From Candidatus Latescibacterota bacterium (GTDB lineage Bacteria > Latescibacterota > UBA2968): a stretch of 64,000 nt of DNA. The translations under genes and the position numbers were made by a program. Under the pieces are notes generated by a model. That model saw only the letters and a program-made list of their open reading frames with translations. It had not been told where the DNA came from and did not search any database. Numbering within the stretch: the first letter of the stretch is position 1; each line of letters begins with the position of its first letter. The stretch is from positions 320,001-384,000 of the forward strand of contig OZ242195.1 of assembly GCA_965205975.1 (NCBI GenBank). The letters run 5' to 3'. This document shows positions 47,949-55,269 of the stretch, in pieces.

Positions 47949-48992
47949 GTGGCAAACGATGAGTCTTTGTCTTATTCGAAGAGTGGTGTCAATATCGATG
48001 AAACAGATGCTGTTAAAAGAGATATGGCTTCAAATATCGGGCGCGGCGATTCGAGAGTGCTCAATAAATTGGGGGCCTTCGGCAGTCTGGTTGATGGCCG
48101 TTTTGAGGGGTATGAGCATCCCCTTCTCGTGCTGAAAACCGAGGAGCCTGGTTCGAAGCAAAAGTTGGCGTTTGAACACGGAAGCGTCACGTCTATTGCC
48201 TATGATCTGGTCAATCATTTGATCAACGATATTATCGTTATGGGGGCTGATCCTTTTTATCTGCAAGATTGTATCGTTTGCGGCAAACTCGATCCCCCTG
48301 TTGTCAAGGCACTCGTCAGTGGGATTGCCGATGCGTGTGAGGCACAGGGATGTACTTTGACAGGTGGGGAAACATCTGTTCAGCCTGGGGTTGTAGAAGA
48401 TGGGGTGTATATTTTAAGTGCTTCGGCTATTGGGGTTGTCGATAAGGACAATATTATTGATGGCTCTGAGATTGAGGAAGGGGACGCGGTTCTCGCGCTT
48501 GCATCCAATGGGCTTCATACCAATGGCTATACGCTTGTCAGGGCACTGTTGAAGAATAAGCCAGAGTTGAAAGATCGAGATATCCAAGGGGTGTCTTTTC
48601 TCGATATGATTTTGCGCCCGCACCAGTGTTATTATCAGCCTCTGAAGGGTCTGTTTAAGGACGAAGGGTTGAAGGGGATGGCACATATTACCGGTGGCGG
48701 TATCCAGGATAATCTATCTCGCATTCTTCCCGAAACCTGTCAGGCTGTGATTGACCTTTCGTTACTCCAGGTTCTCCCTATCTTCAAAACGATTCGCGCA
48801 GAGGGTCTGGTTCCAGAAGACGATATGCTGAGGACTTTTAATATGGGGGTGGGGATGACGCTTGTGTGCGCCCAGAATTCTGTGGCGAGGATTAACGCAC
48901 ACCTGCAAAGTGCGGGATGCCAGGCGTATCCAATTGGGCGTATTGTCAAGGGTGAGAGAGGCGTTGTGTTCACGGGAAAACTTCGGTGGTGA
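47949..48992 (+). CDS. purM: Phosphoribosylformylglycinamidine cyclo-ligase (PurM), divergent
   Basis: YSKSGVNID, INDI, GGET, SNGLHTNGY, HITGGG and RTFNMGVG; GTG start. Confidence 0.85.
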   Translation: MANDESLSYSKSGVNIDETDAVKRDMASNIGRGDSRVLNKLGAFGSLVDGRFEGYEHPLLVLKTEEPGSKQKLAFEHGSVTSIAYDLVNHLINDIIVMGADPFYLQDCIVCGKLDPPVVKALVSGIADACEAQGCTLTGGETSVQPGVVEDGVYILSASAIGVVDKDNIIDGSEIEEGDAVLALASNGLHTNGYTLVRALLKNKPELKDRDIQGVSFLDMILRPHQCYYQPLKGLFKDEGLKGMAHITGGGIQDNLSRILPETCQAVIDLSLLQVLPIFKTIRAEGLVPEDDMLRTFNMGVGMTLVCAQNSVARINAHLQSAGCQAYPIGRIVKGERGVVFTGKLRW

Positions 48993-49005
48993 AAGGATAT
49001 AAATC

Positions 49006-49851
49006 ATGACACCATATCGCATCATTGACGTGAAGCCCCTATCTGGGGCACTCGGTGCTGAAATTGAAGGCGTTGACATTGCGTCGGATCTCGACGATGA
49101 ACAATTCGCTGAAATTCATCGGGCCTTTGCGGATTATAGCGTGATTCTCTTTCGCAATCAGTCCCTCACGCAGGAGCAACACATCGCATTTGCCCGACGC
49201 TGGGGGGATATCAATGTCAACCGATTTTTTACGGGCGTCGCGGAAAATCCCATTATTGCCGAGGTGAGAAAAGAACCCGATCAGGAAACCAATATTGGTC
49301 GCAACTGGCATACCGATCATTCTTACGATACCATTCCCGCTCTCGGCTCGATTCTCTACGCACGGGAGGTTCCCGAGGTTGGTGGCGATACGATGTTTTC
49401 CAGTATGTACAGGGCGTACGAAACCCTTTCGCCGGGGATGCGGAAGACGCTTGAAAGCTTAAATGCTCTGCACTCCAGCCGACATGTTTTTGGCGCAATG
49501 AACGGCAGAAAGCCCGATCAAAGCGGTCGCATTGGCAATCCCGAACTCGCCACGCAGGATGCTGTCCATCCCCTGATCATAAAGCATCCCATTACAGGTC
49601 GCAAAGCACTTTACGTTAATCCTATATTCACCGTTCAAATTGAGGGATGGACAAAAGAGGAATCTCAACCTCTGCTTCAGTTTTTGTACCAGCACGCTTC
49701 CCAACCGGATTTTACATGCCGCATTCGCTGGGAAAAAGATGCCCTCGCTATCTGGGATAATCGCGCGACCTGGCATTGCGCTCTCAATGATTATCAGGGA
49801 CAGCGACGCCTCATGCACCGCATCACGGTTGAGGGTGTGCCGTTGGATTAA
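49006..49851 (+). CDS. TauD/TfdA family Fe(II)/2-oxoglutarate dioxygenase
   Basis: WHTD, GGDT, WDNRATWH and RLMHR. Confidence 0.93.
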   Translation: MTPYRIIDVKPLSGALGAEIEGVDIASDLDDEQFAEIHRAFADYSVILFRNQSLTQEQHIAFARRWGDINVNRFFTGVAENPIIAEVRKEPDQETNIGRNWHTDHSYDTIPALGSILYAREVPEVGGDTMFSSMYRAYETLSPGMRKTLESLNALHSSRHVFGAMNGRKPDQSGRIGNPELATQDAVHPLIIKHPITGRKALYVNPIFTVQIEGWTKEESQPLLQFLYQHASQPDFTCRIRWEKDALAIWDNRATWHCALNDYQGQRRLMHRITVEGVPLD

Positions 49852-49869
49852 AGTTAGGAGAGCCCATTG

Positions 49870-50790
49870 ATGGCATCCGTAACCTTTAAAGGCGTCTTTC
49901 CCATCCTCGTCACCCCATTCGATGACCAGGGCAACCTCGATCTGGAATCCTTTGATCGAACAGTACGCTTTATGGCCGATATCGGTGTAAACGGCGTTAC
50001 CATCATTGGTGTACTCGGTGAATCCAACCGAATGCTGGATGCCGAACGGGAACAGCTTATTAAAACTGCTGTGGGCGCTGCAGGTGGGCGCATCCCCGTT
50101 ATCGTGGGCACGAGCTATAGCGGCACACAGGCGACCCTTGAACTCAGCCGGATGGCCGAATCTCTCGGCGCCGCCGGTGTGATGGTCACTCCTTCGCGGG
50201 AATCCGTGCCCAACGAAGACCGCATTTTCGAATTTTTCCAGCAGGTGGCCGAAGGCATTTCCATTCCCATCGTCGTACAGGACCACCCCGCCTCCACCCA
50301 GGTCCACATGTCCGTCCCCCTCATCCTGCGCCTCGTCCGCGAAATTCCGCTCGTCGCCTGCATCAAAGAAGAGGCCGTGCCCACCCCGCCCAGGATTACC
50401 GCTCTCTTGAACGGCATTGGAGACCGTGCGGTCACCATTCTCACCGGCCTCGGCGCTCTCTACGGTGCCTTTGATCTGGCCCGCGGCGCACACGGTTTTA
50501 TGACCGGCTTTGCCTTTCCCGAAGTTCTGCTCGCCCTGATCCGGAGCGCTGAAAATAAAGACTTTGACACCGTAAACGACATCTATCACCGATACCTGCC
50601 GCTCATTGTGTACGAACAGCAGCCCGGGGTGGCCATCCGCAAAGAGATTTTCCGCCTGCGCGGCCTTATCGCCAGCAGCTACGTGCGCCATCCCGGCGCA
50701 AATATCGACCCAACCACTGCCGACCACTTGAAATCACTCTTGCGCAAAATGCTGCCCGGCGTGGATATTACGAGGCCTATCGAGGTGTGA
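49870..50790 (+). CDS. Dihydrodipicolinate synthase family class I aldolase/lyase (not DapA)
   Basis: GVFPILVTPF, GVLGE and Schiff-base Lys in IKEE. Confidence 0.88.
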   Translation: MASVTFKGVFPILVTPFDDQGNLDLESFDRTVRFMADIGVNGVTIIGVLGESNRMLDAEREQLIKTAVGAAGGRIPVIVGTSYSGTQATLELSRMAESLGAAGVMVTPSRESVPNEDRIFEFFQQVAEGISIPIVVQDHPASTQVHMSVPLILRLVREIPLVACIKEEAVPTPPRITALLNGIGDRAVTILTGLGALYGAFDLARGAHGFMTGFAFPEVLLALIRSAENKDFDTVNDIYHRYLPLIVYEQQPGVAIRKEIFRLRGLIASSYVRHPGANIDPTTADHLKSLLRKMLPGVDITRPIEV

Positions 50791-50834
50791 GATGTGGTTC
50801 CTTGTGACGTAAACTTTCTATCAGGTCTTTTCTT

Positions 50835-51593
50835 ATGCACACCAGCACCCTCTTAATCTCTCAGGATTTTGAATACTGGCAATCTGGCGAAAACGGCCTC
50901 ACTTGCGTCGATTTTGAGACCTTCTGTCCGGACTACCACGAATTGGACCGCATGGGTGTCATCTCTCCCCATCTTGAAGACGGCATACTGCACGCCGGAT
51001 ATGCACTTCTGGCACTGACCACCGCCTTTTACGATATCTGGCGCGCACGCACGGAGGATTTTTTTATCTATCCCCAGCACTTTGCCATCCTGGACATCAC
51101 CCGAGAAGGCGTCAACTCGGGATGCGGACGCCTGCCACTTGAGAAAAATACGCTGGGCGGTCCCTGGGGCAACTTAGATGTCTGGCCCGACTCAAAATGG
51201 ATTTCCACCCACGGCAGCGTTTCCGGCATGCTCAAGAAAGCGTTTGATCTCCAGATCAACCGCCTATTCTGGCCCGAAGACTTCCGCCCAAATCGCGAAG
51301 AAAAATCTCTACCTGCTTATGCGGTCAAAATGCTCCGTACCCACCTGAAAGCTGTCTATTATTACAACACCTCCGAACCCAATATCGAAATCCATACCGC
51401 ACAAAACGTGCAGGATCTCCTTCAGACGAGCCTCAATAGACTGTCCGACATAGATGGTCTATCAATACAACACTCTCTTCGGCGACAGGTTCTCGAAAAC
51501 CCACAGACCGATCATCGTTACGTCGAACAGTATCGCAAAGTAGATCTGGATCATTTTCTCAACGACATGGCAGATTGCTTTGAAAATGCCTGA
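50835..51593 (+). CDS. Hypothetical protein
   Basis: 252-aa co-directional ORF filling the gap; motifs TAFYD, FFIYP and LDVWP look conserved. Confidence 0.75.
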   Translation: MHTSTLLISQDFEYWQSGENGLTCVDFETFCPDYHELDRMGVISPHLEDGILHAGYALLALTTAFYDIWRARTEDFFIYPQHFAILDITREGVNSGCGRLPLEKNTLGGPWGNLDVWPDSKWISTHGSVSGMLKKAFDLQINRLFWPEDFRPNREEKSLPAYAVKMLRTHLKAVYYYNTSEPNIEIHTAQNVQDLLQTSLNRLSDIDGLSIQHSLRRQVLENPQTDHRYVEQYRKVDLDHFLNDMADCFENA

Positions 51594-51629
51594 TTGAGCC
51601 TCTCATAATTTTTTCTTGCGAGGAATTCT

Positions 51630-52990
51630 TTGGCCAACGGTCAACTCCTACACCTGCTAACCGCCCGCGCCGAGTCTAAAAATCCTCTTCGCGTGGGCCT
51701 CATCGGCGCTGGAAAATTCGGCACCATGTTCCTGGCTCAGGCTCGCCGCGTTGCGGGTCTGCACGTCCTGGGTGTGGCCGATCTATCCCTGCACCGGGCG
51801 CGTGAAGCCCTCAGGCGTGCTGAGTGGCCGCCCGAACAATTTGCCGCAATCCCACTGCGATCACGCCCTCAAAACCGGCGCCACCATCTCACCGATGACG
51901 GCGATGCCCTCATCCGGGCGGACGGTCTGGACGTTCTGGTCGAAGCCACTGGCAATCCTCTCGCAGGCATCCACCACGCCCTTCAAGCCATCGAACACGG
52001 GCGCCACCTGGTCATGGTCAATGTCGAAGCAGACGTCCTGGTCGGTCCCATTCTGGCTCAACGTGCAGCATCTGCTGGCCTCGTGTACACCCTCGCCTAT
52101 GGCGACCAACCGGCTTTGATCTGTGAACTGGTTGAATGGGCACAGACCAATGGCTTCGACATTGTCTGCGCTGGCAAGGGCACCAAATACCGGCCCGCGT
52201 ACCACACATCCACTCCTGATACTGTCTGGGAGCACTACGGTTTCGATGCTAAAACCGCTGCAAAAGGCGGTCTGAATCCCCGTATGTTCAACTCCTTTTT
52301 GGACGGGACAAAATCCGCCATTGAAATGGCCGCTGTCTCAAATGCCACTGGCCTGAATCCTCAGCCCGAAGGCCTGAAATTCCCACCCTGCGGCATTGAC
52401 CATCTACCCGATATTTGCCGGCCTCATAGCGACGGGGGGCAACTTTCCCACAAAGGAACCGTCGAAGTCGTCTCCAGCCTGCAACCAGATGGAACCCTGT
52501 AGATCGGGATCTGCGCTGGGGTGTTTACATCACAATCGAAGCTCCCGGCGACTACATCCGCCGCTGCTTCTCCGAATACGGCCTTCCCACTGATTCCACT
52601 GGACGTTACACGGCCATCTACCGCCCCTACCACCTGGTTGGCATGGAACTCACCACCAGCGTCTTGCGCGCTGGCTTGCGCGGCGAAGCCAGCGGCGCGC
52701 CCGTTGTTTTTAATGCAGACGTTGTCGCCATTGCAAAACGCGATCTCTCCGAGGGAGAAGTCCTGGACGGCGAAGGTGGCTACCGCGTGTACGGCAAGCT
52801 CATGCCGGCTGGCCAAGCTCGTACATCCAACACCCTGCCCATCGGCCTGGCTCACAATCTCAAGCTAAAACACAAAATCGCAGCGGGACAACCCATACAC
52901 CAATCCGATGTCGAATTGGACGAAGACAACGCCATTCTCCGCCTCCGCCGGGAAATGGTACAACGCTTTGCAGAATCCCTGCGCCGTTAA
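51630..52990 (+). pseudogene. Homoserine-dehydrogenase-like NAD(P) oxidoreductase with C-terminal SAF domain, frameshifted
   Basis: GLIGAGKFG, NVEAD, GDQPA and DGTKSAIEM; frame switches at ~52495 and continues DRDLRWGVY...AKRDL..GEVLDGEGG. True pseudogene or assembly error. Confidence 0.8.
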
Positions 52991-53018
52991 ATTAAAAATT
53001 AGGAAAGGGAGCAAAATA

Positions 53019-53348
53019 ATGAACAATGAACAATCGCTTTTGCCGCCGAAAATTTCATTTTTTGAAAAACGATTGACGATAATTCTCGCTCGAGATGATG
53101 CGATGGTATGCGCTTTCTGCCCCGAATTGGATTTGGTGACTGAAATGGCAACGCCTGATGAAGCGCTGGAAGATATGCTGGAATCCATGCAGGATTATGC
53201 TGAGGAATATTTAGAGGACTTAGAAATTTATGAAAACAGTCCCAATCGCGCCCACCATTTGCCTTATATCCAGGCGATTGCTGCATGTAAAGATGTCTGG
53301 GATATTCGCATGCTAATTGAAATTCACCATGGCCGTGTACAGGTTTGA
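53019..53348 (+). CDS. hicB: HicB-like antitoxin
   Basis: AFCPELDLVT...TPDEALEDM RNase-H-like fold motif; overlaps the toxin gene. Confidence 0.72.
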   Translation: MNNEQSLLPPKISFFEKRLTIILARDDAMVCAFCPELDLVTEMATPDEALEDMLESMQDYAEEYLEDLEIYENSPNRAHHLPYIQAIAACKDVWDIRMLIEIHHGRVQV

Positions 53349-53553
53349 TCAATTTCGCAAAGTGTTGCGCGTTTTGGGATTCGCAAAAATTCGATCTCGG
53401 AAACACGAGACTTGGCGCAAAGTGCTCGTAAACGGAACGATTTTGCGCGTTCGCATTAGCCACAAACATGGACGAGATATTCCGCGGTGGCTATTTTATG
53501 AAATGCTGAGACAGGCGGGAATTAATGAAAAGAAATTTCGAGAATTGATGTAG
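53329..53553 (+). CDS. hicA: HicA family mRNA interferase toxin
   Basis: 74 aa, basic; LRVLGF, KHETW and ISHKHGRDIP..LF..MLRQAGI. Confidence 0.82.
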   Translation: MAVYRFDQFRKVLRVLGFAKIRSRKHETWRKVLVNGTILRVRISHKHGRDIPRWLFYEMLRQAGINEKKFRELM

Positions 53554-53589
53554 AATGGCTCCCCTTAAACAATCCAAGCCCCAGAGAAC

Positions 53590-53835
53590 TGCACCACTGT
53601 CTATAAACTGACGCTTCCATACTGAATAAAATCATTTCAGCACATGCTTGGACAGACTCACCGGATGCACAGCGTAAACACGAGCGATTTCTGCATGCTC
53701 TTTGTCCGAAGTCAGTGCTTCTAACACGACCTATAATTTGAGTTTAGCGGAATAGGACTTCTTGGTTTTCTTCGACATGGTATCTCCTCCTGTTAGGTGA
53801 GAAAATACCACGCTGATAGCCCTAATGTCACAGCC
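53590..53835 (-). mobile_element. Degenerate IS3-family OrfA (HTH) remnant
   Basis: From ATG 53778 (AGGAGG RBS): MSKKTKKSYSAKLKL*VVLEALTSDKEHAEIARVYAVHPVSLSK..WKRQF; premature TAG, 27-nt insert, no OrfB. Confidence 0.75.
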
Positions 53836-53846
53836 TTTATACCGGG

Positions 53847-54227
53847 TCAATTTTCGGGATGCACCTCATGAAAACCATTATCAATAAGATCATTATAACT
53901 AACAGGTTCTTGGATAGACTCAGCGAACTCTAACGCTTCGTTACGAGAAGGAAATTTCTTAACTAAATAACGATGAATATGAAAAGGAGAAAATCTTGAC
54001 CGACGATCAACTTCTACTTCTACTATATGATCTTTTGGTGGATCTTTAAATCCATATATTGTAATTTTACATTTGTCGGCTAAAGCATCCCTATTAGGCC
54101 AATCATCGTCTATCGGTAAGGGATGAGAAAGCGCACAGTAACGAAGTCTCCGAACTTGTGCTTTTTTTTGATCAAATGTAAATCTACATCTATTCCTACG
54201 AGAATAAGAACTTCTTCTTCTAGCCAT
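53847..54227 (-). CDS. Hypothetical protein (AT-rich orphan)
   Basis: 126-aa ORF with AAGGGGG RBS; no recognised motif. Confidence 0.55.
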   Translation of the reverse strand: MARRRSSYSRRNRCRFTFDQKKAQVRRLRYCALSHPLPIDDDWPNRDALADKCKITIYGFKDPPKDHIVEVEVDRRSRFSPFHIHRYLVKKFPSRNEALEFAESIQEPVSYNDLIDNGFHEVHPEN

Positions 54228-54334
54228 GAGAGAACCCCCTTTTCAAATTTTATGTCGCCAATCAATCTGCACATTTTCACAGTTGAATCTGCTGTCTCCC
54301 ATTTACATTGGAGCCTCTAATATTTCAACTAAAA

Positions 54335-55237
54335 TCAGCACAATACCCTCGTGCGGAATAGAGGGTGAAGTTTTGCGAGAATGGCGTCGAGTTCGCGGTG
54401 GTCGTCGTCGTCCAATTGTGTGCTGCCGGGCGCGCGCATGCCGCTCGTTTTGAAGATGCCTCGGCGAATGAGTACTTCTTTGACCAGACGGAGACCGAGG
54501 ATCTGGATCAGGTTGGTGAGTGGAAGGAGTTGATCGAAGAGATCGCGTGCTCTGTCTTCATCGCCTGATTGAAAAGCATCCCAGATATCAACGTGAATAT
54601 CGACAACCGGGGCGCCGGGCATAAAGCCACTGGCGCCTCGTCGCATTTCTGAGATCATCCAGCGGCACCACGCCCCGCCAAAAACGCCCTGACAGTGGTC
54701 ACCGGCTTCGGCGACGATGGCACTGATGTGATGTGCGCTGGGGTTGGCTTCTTCTTTGACGTAGATGAGGTGCTCGACTTCGGTGAGCAGGCGAACGAGT
54801 GCGGGAGGTTGCATGCCAGTACCTGCGTTCTGGATGAAAATGGGCAATTGTCCCGCGCTGGAAATGGCCTCGAAGTAGCGGAGGTTTTCGTCGGGTCCTC
54901 CGCTGCCCATATAGGGGGGCATGGCGATGACGGCATCGGCACCTGCGCGTCCGGCATGGGCGGCGTGTTCGGTGGCTGTGGAGATATTGGTACCGGCCAC
55001 ACCGGTGATGACGGGCGTGCGTTTGTCGGTTTTTTTGACGACGATTTCGACCAGGGTTTGTCGCTCTCGGTCGGAGAGATATTGAAATTCACCCCCGAGC
55101 ACGGGAAAAACCAGGCCACCTGCACCTGCGGCGATGCAGAAGTCGATTTGCCGCTCCAGGCTTTCGATGTCGAAGTCACCGGATTCGGCAACAGGTGTTT
55201 GTAATACGGGCAAGATACCGCGGATGGGATCGCTCAC
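54335..55237 (-). CDS. Dihydrodipicolinate synthase family class I aldolase/lyase
   Basis: GILPVLQTP, LGGEF and YVKEE; AGGAG RBS. Confidence 0.88.
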   Translation of the reverse strand: MSDPIRGILPVLQTPVAESGDFDIESLERQIDFCIAAGAGGLVFPVLGGEFQYLSDRERQTLVEIVVKKTDKRTPVITGVAGTNISTATEHAAHAGRAGADAVIAMPPYMGSGGPDENLRYFEAISSAGQLPIFIQNAGTGMQPPALVRLLTEVEHLIYVKEEANPSAHHISAIVAEAGDHCQGVFGGAWCRWMISEMRRGASGFMPGAPVVDIHVDIWDAFQSGDEDRARDLFDQLLPLTNLIQILGLRLVKEVLIRRGIFKTSGMRAPGSTQLDDDDHRELDAILAKLHPLFRTRVLC

Positions 55238-55269
55238 GGTGGTCTCCTGTAGGTTAGAATTGCTGGCTG

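Noticed and set aside
44730..50727. Long antisense ORFs (44730-45791, 49459-50727) and other shadow ORFs
   Set aside because: They lie opposite well-supported genes and have no recognisable motifs or RBS.
52500..52502. TAG read-through (pyrrolysine) in the SAF oxidoreductase
   Set aside because: Homology resumes in a different frame, so it is a frameshift rather than an in-frame stop.
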